Source: Eledone cirrhosa | Taxonomy: Eukaryota | DNA: 64,000 nucleotides | Direction: 5' to 3' | NCBI GenBank assembly: GCA_964016885.1 | Contig: OZ024742.1 | Span: 318,680,001 to 318,744,000 of the forward strand | Part shown: positions 11,808 to 22,800 of the stretch, piece after piece | Layout of the letters: every line of letters starts with the position of its first letter | How positions within the stretch are numbered: the stretch's first letter is position 1 | Program-made: the position numbers and the translations under genes | The notes under the pieces: model-generated | The model's input: only the letters and a program-made list of their open reading frames with translations | Database searches by the model: none | What the model was told of the DNA's origin: nothing

Positions 11808-13321
11808 TAAGTTACCAAATAAAGTGTTGAGAGGACCCTTCAGTTGTGTCAATGGAATGACACCCTCTGGTGCTGATGTCATAAAATACCCTCAGAGTGT
11901 AGTATCATATGTGAGATGTAAGCCCCCAGTCAACATGGGGTCAGTAGTCCCACATGAGTACTGAGTTGATCTGTGAAGATCCATCCAATCCTTGGTAGCA
12001 GGGAAAATAGATGGTGATGATGATGATACACACACACACACACACACACACTTCTGTTTCCACCGCAGCTATACATGGGTTGAAATTACATACTAATTAC
12101 TGAGATCAATGGTTTGCATTTTTTTTTCTTATTTTTTGGAGTTCCAGAAACAGATCTGTCTATGAGATTATAAGCCATTGTAACATCTGGAAGTATATAC
12201 TTAAATTTTCATATTTGTTCTGTATATATGTACAAAATACTAGTTTGTTTTTCAATTGATATATCTTGTTATATATCATTTATACTTATATTATAGATGC
12301 TCTGAACTGAAGTTTATTGAGCTTTTCACTGAGAATAATTATCGATATATATTCTATATATATATAGATTAAACCTAAAATTAGCTTTATATATATATAT
12401 ATATATATATATCACACACCATGTTTCCCCGTTTTATTATATACATATTAGCACATACTTTTCACTACATAAACTTACATTCATGCACACACATACAAAC
12501 ATCCCACTAAGTACACATTTCACGCACACACATGCATATATCATACATTTCACAATGCGCACGTTTGAAGATTTAACGTCTTTTCATTTCATTTAACTTA
12601 AATCTGCTCTCCAAACAAACAAGTCAACTCCAATTTATCTTTTAAATCTCTCATAGGGTTACTCCCTTAATAATGGGTTTTTAAACCTGAAAATATTTGG
12701 GATTATCAAATTTTCTAACGTAAGATTCTTTTATTATCTTAGTAATCTTGATTTTCTGTCTAGTGTATTGTATAGTTTTCAAAATTATTCAAATATATAT
12801 CATCATCATCATCATCATCATTTTACGTCCGCTTTTCCCTGCTTGCAAGGGTGGGACGGGTCTTATTCAGCACAGCATCTCTCCACTCGTCATATGTATA
12901 TATATATTGTCATTACTATTATTATGGATTACAGGATTACATTTTGCCTAGTTGTATATTTAATGAACATTTTGTGTAGAAACAATTGTAAAAATTAAAC
13001 GATATAAGAACTTTTGTCATCATAATTTGTTTTATATGCTCTGTGTTAAAAATGGCACTTTTCTTCTATACTTAAAATTCTCCACCGTATATTTTTATCT
13101 GTAAGTGCATTGACCGCAAATTTTCTCACAATTTCTTTTCAAGTAACTCTAGGTGTATGTTTTTCTTCCTATTAAAAAATATATAGGAAGAGATATATGT
13201 ACAGAGAGAAAGAGACAGAGGTAGGGGTGTGTGTATGTGCGTGTGTGAGAATCTACATGCATATTTGATACAACCAGGTAGTTACTTCCTACTTTTGAAT
13301 AAATAAATAATATATATATAT

Positions 13322-13479
13322 ATATTCATTTTATTAAGGCTAAATAGTGAGTCCTGTTACTCTGGATATTTTGCCCGTTTATCATAGGATCATCAGAGTC
13401 CTTGTCTGATAACCCTGTGATAAACAGGCGAAACTCCAGAGTAACAAGACTCACTATTTAGCCTTAATAAAATGAATAT
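13322..13479. mobile_element. 158-bp fold-back element containing degenerate hammerhead motifs on both strands
   Basis: Inverted arms. Plus strand: gagtccttgt-CTGATAA-ccctgt gataa acaggc-GAAAC tccaga GTA-acaagactc. The minus-strand copy has CTGATGA but AAAA instead of GAAA. Confidence 0.7.
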
Positions 13480-13819
13480 TTAAACGCCACTTTGAGAACA
13501 CTTTTCTCTCAGCCATCAACCACATATGGATATATACATGCATACATACACAATATATACATACATCTGCTTGCAGATCAATAATGGAGTCGGGTTCATA
13601 ACTCCTACAAGTGACACTAAGCCAATCCTCTGCAAAATGCGTATAATAGGCTGATACACAATAAAAATCTAATACATGTAAACAAAACTTCATTGTTTTT
13701 TTTTTATATATACACTGCCTGTGCATAGACTGCTTGTTTTGGTACCACCACTAGTAATTCACTGAATCACCTACACTATATATATATACACACACATACA
13801 TACATACATATATATTATG

Positions 13820-14770
13820 GCTACAAACTTGTGTTCAAGCATTGCCATCGCCCAATAAAATGCTAAAAAATGTGAGGCACGAATGTGGCTCTCTAAACCA
13901 GCCAAAGACTTGCACCCTCTGGCACATACACGGCAACTATAGGCTCTTCTGGGACTTTCCATTGCTCTGTTCTGGCTGTGTGTTCTCATGTGTCTTTTAA
14001 GACCTCCCATGCTTGCACATTCCTTGCCACATTCCTTACACCTTTTCAGATCATAATCTACATGAGGTCTACTGATATGACTGTTTGTGTCTAAGCAAAC
14101 CAGCTTTGCTCAGGCAGACTTGACCACAATGCTGGCAAACCAGATGATATTCAACAGCAGGCAGTTCAGAACAGTCCCTTTTCCTCACCTTCCTTTTCTG
14201 TGTTAGGTGTTCTTTCGACGAGTTTCAAAACGTTCACTACCTGACTTGATCAAACGTATCCACTTCACACGCTCCTTAACCATTTTCTCCCATTCGTTAG
14301 ATGAAATTCCAGCACAGTCTGACAGTCCCGGTACCGTATTTTTGGTTTGTGTGGTGGTCGCCTTCCTTCACATAGTTCTCCGTAGAGAAGTTGCTTTGGA
14401 ATATGATCATCAGACATCAGGAGCACGTGACCACACCACCTCAACCGGTGCCGAAAGATCATTCTCTCTATAGTCACGCACCTGCTCAGTTTGAGAATTT
14501 CCAAATCACTGATGAACATTTTCCATCGCACTCCAAGTTACTTACGAAGAGATTGTTGGTGAAATCTGTTCAGTTCCTTGAGGTGCTTTCTGTATGTGAC
14601 TCACGTTTCACAAGCATAAAACAAAGAGGAGACGACACAAGACAGATACACTTTTACCTCGGTTTCGATAGTGATACCTCATCTGGACCATAAACGTTCA
14701 TGCTGCCGTCCAAAAGCATCACTGACTTTCTTGATTCTCTAAAGATATTTCATCATCAAGTATGCATGAA
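13820..14770 (-). mobile_element. Decayed RTE-like LINE 3' fragment with C2H2 fingers
   Basis: RLRWCGHVLLMSDDHIPKQLLYGELCEGRR...KPKIRYRD and YSCRVCARGCKSLAGLESH; many stops. Confidence 0.85.
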
Positions 14771-14834
14771 TTGTTCAACGTACTACAAAGGATAAACAAA
14801 CTTGTCAGCACATATACACATACATACATACATA

Positions 14835-15364
14835 TGGTGGCTGCCAACTCGTTTTCGAGTACGGCCACTACTTTATATCCATGTAGGAGAATCCCTACCG
14901 ATGCGCTGAACGAGTGTTACTTTTTAGTCCAGCCAGTGACTTGAAAACTCTGGTACAAACATTACACCTGTAACAATTATTAACACATAGTGCTGGGCCC
15001 ATGGCACCATGTGACGACAAGTGCAGAGAGATCTCCAGATATAAAGCAATGCCTGTGCCGTGAAGCTTTTATAGTGAGCAAAGGCACTGCACAAAGCCAG
15101 TCCCACTCTCTTAACCAAAATGATATTTACCAAAAAGAAGAACAAGTCAACATCATTGGATACCATCAGGGTTGCAGGTGTTATATCAGAGTTTTCCTTC
15201 TCCTAGAATTCTGCCTTAACAAAGGCTAAGGGGTCATCTCTCCCGGTGATTTTGGATGGCCATTGACTCTTAAGAGCTCCTTTGCCCTTTGACAGGTTTT
15301 GTTTTTAGTCCTGCAGGATGTCCAAAGTCACTCTCCTCACCAAGAAACCGTGGTGGGGTTGCCA
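14835..15364. mobile_element. Unclassified ~530-bp interspersed repeat inside a (TACA)n/(TA)n tract
   Basis: First ~135 bp nearly identical to 63865-64000; both copies are inserted in TA-rich microsatellite. Confidence 0.65.
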
Positions 15365-15447
15365 TACATATATACAGATACATACATACATACATACATA
15401 TATACAGATACATAAATACATACATATATATATATACAGATACATAC

Positions 15448-15784
15448 ATCATCATTTCATCATTTCATTTTACGTCCGCTTTTTCCCTGCTTGCAAGGGT
15501 GGGACGGGAACTGATTCTGGCTTGATTTCTACAGCTGGATGCCCTTCCTAACACCAATCTCATTTACAGTGAGTGCTAGGTGCTTTTTTGCCGTGGCACC
15601 TCCACTTTGCAGTGGAATGCTATGGACCCCAGTCCCTATCATCTCATTTCTACAGCTGAGTAAACTGGAGCAATGTGAAATAAAGTGTCTTGCTCAAGGA
15701 AACAACATCACCCGGTCTGAGAATTGAACTCACAACCTTTTGATTGCAAGGCCAATGCTCTAACTCCTAAGCCATGTGCCTCCA
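15448..15784 (-). mobile_element. tRNA-derived SINE with RTE-LINE 3' tail
   Basis: tRNA-like head (tggaggcacatggcttag...gagttcaattctc), central domain ttgagcaagacacttta, and a tail matching the 3'UTR of the RTE at 9692-9960; near-identical copy at 40508-40855. Confidence 0.85.
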
Positions 15785-16076
15785 TACATACATACATACA
15801 TACATATATACAGATACATACATACATACATATATACAGATACATACATACATACATATATACAGATACATACATACAAATACATACACAGATACATACA
15901 TACATATATACAGATACATACATATATACAGATACATACATACATACATATATACAGATACATACATACATATATACATATACATACATATATACGGATT
16001 CATAAATACATACATATACACAGATACATACATACATACATACATATATACAGATACATACATACATATACACAGA

Positions 16077-16110
<34 letters not shown>

Positions 16111-16324
16111 CAGATACATACATACATACATATATACAGATATATACATACATACATATATATACAGATACATACATATATACAGATACATACATACATA
16201 TACACAGATACATACATATATATATATATATACAGATATATCATCATCATCATCATCTTTGTTTAATGTCCATTTTCCATGCTAGCATGGGTTATACATA
16301 CATATATATGTATATACAGATACA

Positions 16325-16356
<32 letters not shown>

Positions 16357-16585
16357 CAGATACATACATATATATATATATATATATACACATACATACA
16401 TATACATACATATATATATATATATATATACATACATATACATACATATATATATATATATATACATACATATACATACACACATATATATATATGTATA
16501 TACATATATACATACATATACATACATATATATGTATATACACACATATATATATATATATACATACATATACACATACATACAT
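15785..16585. repeat. (TACA)n/(TA)n compound microsatellite
   Basis: Direct inspection; source of spurious YIHT-repeat ORFs. Confidence 0.95.
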
Positions 16586-16604
16586 AGTGGTGATAATGAA
16601 GGAC

Positions 16605-16880
16605 AGCGTGGAATAAGCAGCATGTGCGGGTGGGGGTGGAATAAGTAGGGTGTGTCGGTGTGGCTGGAATAAGTGGGTGTTGGGGTGGGGTGTGCGGGTG
16701 GGGGCTGGAATAAGCTGGGGTAGGTGGAAATAGTAGGTGTGCAGGTGTGGGTGGAATAAGGGGGTGTATGGGTGGGGTGGTGGAATAAGCAGGGGTGTGA
16801 GGTGGGGGTGGGGGTGTGGAATAAGCAGGGGTGTGAGGTGTAGGTGGGGGTGGAATAAGCGGAGGTGGGAATGGAGTGGA
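16605..16880. repeat. G-rich degenerate minisatellite (ggggtggaataag...)
   Basis: Recurring ggaataag motif among G-runs. Confidence 0.8.
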
Positions 16881-17423
16881 AAATCAGTAATGTTTTTTCA
16901 AAAACCAGAATTAGCCATTTAGTTTACATAGAGACCCCAACCCAAACTCTCTATTTTATAATGTATGGGATTTCTAGCAATGTACATTTTATTGTCATGT
17001 ATAATGTTTTTTTAATATATAAAGAAAATTAAATGTCATAGGAATGCTACCAACTTAAAATAAATTTTTGCCAGAGATAGATTAGAAAAATTTAATTAGA
17101 GGGTGTGGTGGCAGATTATTTGAATCCTGAGAGTACTCAATATGTTGAGGGGTTTGAAAAAATTGGAAAAATAAGCAAAATTTGGTGTGAGGTTTCTTTT
17201 TTTTCTTTCATTATTCCTTCCTTTTTTTCATTCTTTCTTTCAATAGCAGCAGATTAGATAAGTAGCCATTTTATCACTGAACTAAAAAAAATAATAATAA
17301 TATAACAGAATGAAGAAAAGCTTTTTTATCAATATGAATATTTTGAATATCATTACAATTTTTATTAAACCTCTTTTGTGACTATTTTATAACAAGAATA
17401 TTGCATATTTATTTTCTAAATAA

Positions 17424-17870
17424 TTGTTTCTACTTTTGGCACAAGGCCAGCAATTACCCAGTGTATTACTGGTACTTTATTTTATCGACCCCGTAAGGAT
17501 GAAAGGCAAAGTTAACCTCGGCGGGATTTGAACTCAGAATGGAAAGGGCCGTAACTCAATGCGTCAAAGCATGGCGTCCGACCCTCTTCCGATATGCCAA
17601 TCGACCACCCTTTATTTTCTAAATAATGAAGAATTTTGGGAGAGTGGCAGTTGGTAATATTCTAGAGTAATAAATGGCATGGGTTGGTAATATTGGTAGA
17701 GCGTTGGACAAAATGCTTTGCGGCATACAGTTACGGCGCTTTACATTCTGAGTTCAAATCCTGCTGAGATTAACTTTGTCTTTCATCCTTACAGGGTCGA
17801 TAAAATAATGTACCAGTAACACACACTTTCCCCTCCCCACAAAAATGACTGGCCTTGTGCCTAAAATAAA
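17424..17870. mobile_element. Two head-to-head copies of the abundant tRNA-SINE (17424-17610 minus, 17676-17870 plus)
   Basis: Both match the 1787-2005 family in opposite orientations; a further minus copy lies at ~18815-19010. Confidence 0.75.
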
Positions 17871-19143
17871 AATCAATATTTTAAAGTATTGTAGTTAGGG
17901 TGATGGGCCTATGATTGTAATACCAAAGGTTCAATTCCTGGACTGGGCAGCACACATATATCTTTGAGTAAGACACTCCATTTCACATTGTTTCAGTTCA
18001 CTTATATAAAATAATGTGTTCCAGCTGCAACCAGGGAGAGGGTCAAACTTGCGACAGATTGACATTTCATCATAGTCACTTAACTGCACATAAAACTGGG
18101 ATAAACTCCAGCCTGGTCAGCCTCTGGCATTTAAACCAACCATATCTGGTCAAATTCTCTCACCTCTTTCTTTTCAAACTGGCTGTAACCAGTCACTTAT
18201 ACTGATAAGGTGGTGTTCTAAAAAATAAATAATATCAAAATCTCATAGATTCGATATTATGTGAGCTGAAGCCTTTACCATGTAAATATAATAGTAAATA
18301 TAGAGTAATATATATGCTAAAGGGTTAAACTTAATCCTAACTTTCAGAGTTAATAAAATAACTATAAAGTTTACATAGTTTTATGTAAGTGATGGTTAGG
18401 AGAAAATATGTAACTGGTGGGAATCGAAACCACATTGCCTGTTCTAAGATAAAATAATCCTATGAATAATGGAATATAAGAATTAAAGAATATACATATG
18501 GTTGAGATAAAACATTTAAATTGCAAAAGACACCAACAAGAAGAGAAGATACAAGTAATATTTCTCAACTAAATCTTTTAATTCAGTACTGCAAGCCACA
18601 ATACTAGCCCTGCTTACAGGGGACTAGTTATATTACCTTATCATAAATGTACTCAGCCACTGAGATTTAAATAGCCAGAATGCTACCACTCAGTCATAGG
18701 TGAACTCAATCATCACAATTTAAGTGTCTTAACCAGAATTCTAGTACCAACTTCAAGGTGTAAGTTATACCACCCCGTCATAGGTGGACCCATCTGAAAT
18801 AAGATTGTGTGGGGTTTCTAACTTAGGAACAAGGCCAGCAATTTGAAGGGGAGGAGAAGGTCAATTAAATCGACCCCAGTGCATTACAGGTGCTCTATTT
18901 TATCAGCTTCGTAAGGATGAAAGGAAAAGCTAATCTTGGCAGGATTTGAACTCAGAATGTAAAAGGCCATAACATGCCTGACGCTCTACCGATTCTGCTA
19001 ATCCACTCCCCCTTTGATGTAAGAGAAGTGTAATGGCTAGAACAAGCAATCAATACCTGGTTTCATGACTCAGTACATTACAACTCTACACTAACCTTTA
19101 CACTATGGCAATCTCTATGCTACACTACAGTAGACTCCTCATG

Positions 19144-19563
19144 ACACTATGGTAGCCTCTACACTACACTATGGTCGCCTGAAGTCTACGGTAGACTACA
19201 CTACACTATGGTAGCCACCACACTAAACTACGGTAGCCTGAACTCTATGGTAGCCTCTACACTACACTATGGTAGCCTGAAGTCTACGGTAGACTACACT
19301 ACACTATGGTAGCCACCACACTAAACTACGGTAGCCTGAACTCTATGGTAGCCTCTACACTACACTATGGTAGCCTGAAGTCTACGGTAGACTACACTAC
19401 ACTATGGTAGCCACCACACTAAACTACGGTAGCCTGAACTCTATGGTAGCCTCTACACTACACTATGGTAGCCTGAAGTCTACGGTAGACTACACTACAC
19501 TATGGTAGCCACCACACTAAACTACGGTAGCCTGAACTCTATGGAGCCTCAACACTACACTAT
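19144..19563. repeat. 98-bp higher-order tandem repeat (~4.2 copies) built from ~20-bp ctaYggtagcc subunits
   Basis: gaagtctacgg recurs at 19181, 19279, 19377 and 19475. Confidence 0.9.
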
Positions 19564-19751
19564 GATAAAACAACCTCTACAATATTCTAACACAACCCCT
19601 GCACTAATGTAAGGCAACACCTACACTACTCTAACAACCGCTATACTACCAGATTGCAGTCTTTAATTTAAGGCACCCTTTACACTATTCTATGACAGTT
19701 TTTAATATCTACTAAAAAAAGCAAATAATTTCTCACTTACAACAATTATAA

Positions 19752-19832
19752 CTACTTCGACTTTTTTGGCGTCTTATCTGTTTCTCTGGCTTTGTTCATC
19801 AGTGTTAACAGGAACTGCTTGTTCTTACCTTC
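19752..19832 (-). CDS. TMC7-like: TMC coding exon 17 (EGKNKQFLLTLMNKARETDKTPKKSK*)
   Basis: Acceptor ctctctacag, phase 0, TAG at 19754-19752. Confidence 0.88.
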   Translation of the reverse strand, partial: EGKNKQFLLTLMNKARETDKTPKKSK

Positions 19833-22800
19833 CTGTAGAGAGAAGATAGTAGTGTGGTGAATGGTAGAGTGGTGTGGTGAGTGGTAGTGGTGTGGTGAGT
19901 GGTAGAGAGTGGTGCGGTGAGTGGTAGAGAGTGGTGCGGTGAGTGGTAGAGAGTGGTGTGGTAGTGGTGCGGTGAGTGGTAGAGTGTGGTGTGGCAGAGT
20001 GTGGTGTGGTGAGTGGTAGTGGTGCGGTAAGTGGTAGAGAGTGGTGTGGAGAGTGGTGCGGTGAGTGGTGGAGAGTAGTGCGGTGAGTGGTGGAGAGTAG
20101 TGCGGTGAGTGGTAGAGAGTGGTGTGGTGGAGAGTGGTAGAGTGTGGTGTAGTGAGTGGTAGAGTGGTGTAGTGAATGGTAGAGGTTGTGGTGAGTGGTG
20201 TCTAACACCCATGTTTACTAAATCAGTAAACAGCACAGCTCCCATGACTTTCAGAAACATCGTTTTACACTCAGAGTTGCTGAAGCATGGAGCAAACTAT
20301 CTGCATCTGTTGTTGGCTGTCGGGATACTGCATCCTTCAAGACTTCCATGCTTCCCCAAATTCACCAACACTACACCTGATATTCACCCTCCATACACAT
20401 GCACACATGTATTTCTGTGTATATCTTGACTCATACACTGTTCACTTTCCTGACATTTGTACATTATTCTATGTACCATATTTACACCTTTGATAAGTTG
20501 TTGTGCACCTGAGCACTGTACACAATTATTTTCATTATTATTAAATCTGGTGTAGTGAAGACATGAAAAAATATTATATGGGTACAATTATGGCTGTGTA
20601 GTTAAAGAATTTGCTTGGCAACAACATATTTTTGGGTTTATACTGTGCAGCACTTTGGGCAAGTGTCTTCTACTATAGCCTTGGGTTGATCAATGCATTG
20701 TGAGTGGACTTTAGTAGAGATGACTGCAGAAGTCAGTCATATATGTGTGCGCATACATGTCTATCTGTTTGTCTATTTCTGTGTATATGTCCTGTAATTT
20801 AGCAGTTCGCCAGAAAGAGATCGATAAAGTAAGTGCCAGGCGTAAATAAATAAGTACTGGGATCAATATGATTGACTAAATCAAGGCAGTGCCCCAACGT
20901 AGGTGTAGACTGATGACAAAAAACAGTAAAAGAATAATCTGTGGCAATTGTTTTGTAATACAATTTGAATGGTAAAATAAACATTAATCCTTACCAGATC
21001 CAGCTGGTATTGAAGAAGCTTGATCATTTTCCGATGGCTGGCCAGTAGAATACGACTGTAATACGCTATGACACTATATCAGATATAAAAAAAAAGAGAG
21101 GAACATAGAGAATATATTATGTTGAAATGTAGTTATGTAAAAAATATAAAAAATACATGTAAATAAATTATGATAAAAATATCAAACATGTAACTTTATT
21201 AAAGAAATATTTCAAAATATATATATATATAAAATGTATTTTAACCCTTTAGCATTTACATTACTCTATATATACTATTGTAGTTTCACGGTAAAGGATT
21301 TACCTTACATAATATCCAATCTACAAGATTTTGATATTTATTTTGAGAACAATACCGTAACATAAGTACGAGTGGTTGGCTACAGCCAGTTTGAACTGAA
21401 AGAGGTGAGTGAATTCTGACCGGATATGGCCGGTTTAAATGCCAAAGGGTTAAGTACATTTGTTTTAAATTAAATAATGTTTGCAAAATAAATACCCCTT
21501 ATATAACTATAAATAAATGTTTTTTTTGAACGTTTTTGTATTACTTTCTTCTGAAAGTATATATTCAGTATCCTGAATATATCTGGAGTATATATGAACA
21601 ACTGCCATTGCCATTACTTGCAACCAATCCACATAACTCTCTAATAAATAAATTCACCTAGATGGAAACAGCTGTAAGGTACCACAGAAAAATTGACAAG
21701 TGTATATTATATCTCTCGTCATTTAACGTATATTTTCCATACTAGCATAGGTTAGACAGGTGTCCCATTTGAGGCAAGTCAGGTCAGGTGAACGTGTCTT
21801 GCTCATACAGAATTGTTTCTGGCTAGGTTTCTATGGCTGGATGCCCTTCCCAACATCAGTGTAGACTGGGTGTTTGTTATTGTGAATCCAGCATGACCAC
21901 TTTATAGTGTGGATTGAGGTGGGGTGGAAGGTGTATTAGAGGCGGGAGGAAAGGGGTTAAGTGGTGCATACTAGGATGTATGTTTTAATTTGTGTGCATG
22001 GGAAGGCGGTTGGTCTGTATTATTGCATAACATCAAAGATCATGATCCTATGTCATCACCTTTGAGAGGTGCAAGGTCAGTGTTTATCCACTCGTCTCAG
22101 GTCTTCCTACTCCATAATTTCCATCAACTTTGATTGCCCTGCACCTATTTATACAGCTGTCATCCTTCATACGCATCACATAGTCATACCGACACAATAT
22201 CCTCTCATGCACACTACATCTGATCACTATTATATCCAGTTTCTTTCTCAGTTCATTTACGCTCTGCTGTTTGTGAATATTATTATTACACATCCATCAA
22301 AACCATCAGGCTTCATTTCTTTCCAATCTTCGCAGGTCCTCTACACACAGTACTCCTGTCTCACTAGCATGCAACATACAATCTACCCTTCATTTTTAGG
22401 GAAAAACCTTTTGTAGCAGCAGCAGTAGTACTCCCTGAACTTTTTCAATCCCATTCTCACTCTGGCTACTATACTTTCGAAACATCCTCCTCCACTGCTA
22501 ATTTGGTCACCCAGATAAAAGAAACTGTTGACTATTTCTACTGAGCCCTCTGGGCATTTGAGAGAGTTAGTATCCTGTTGGCTCTCGCTACTAACTGCAC
22601 CTGTGCATCAGCCGCATATAAAACCTATGTTCTTTGATAGCCTGCCTGAAGTTCCCATGGGCAACCAGTCTTAAACTCTTCTGTTATAGTCTGCAGGTCA
22701 ATAATAAACAGGAGAGGGCTAAGGATGGAGCCCTGATGGACACCTACATGCATGCAACATTCTTCACTATGGTCTTTACTAATTCTAACCTTGCTGACTG

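Noticed and set aside
15708-16623. YIHT/MYVC repeat ORFs (also 63123-63986, 942-1339, 54231-54546)
   Set aside because: Microsatellite translations.
19823-19832. Strong donor-like AAG|GTAAGA 4 nt inside the last TMC coding exon
   Set aside because: Explained by the conserved EGK(N/D)K codons; use would give a 4-nt microexon and remove a conserved motif.
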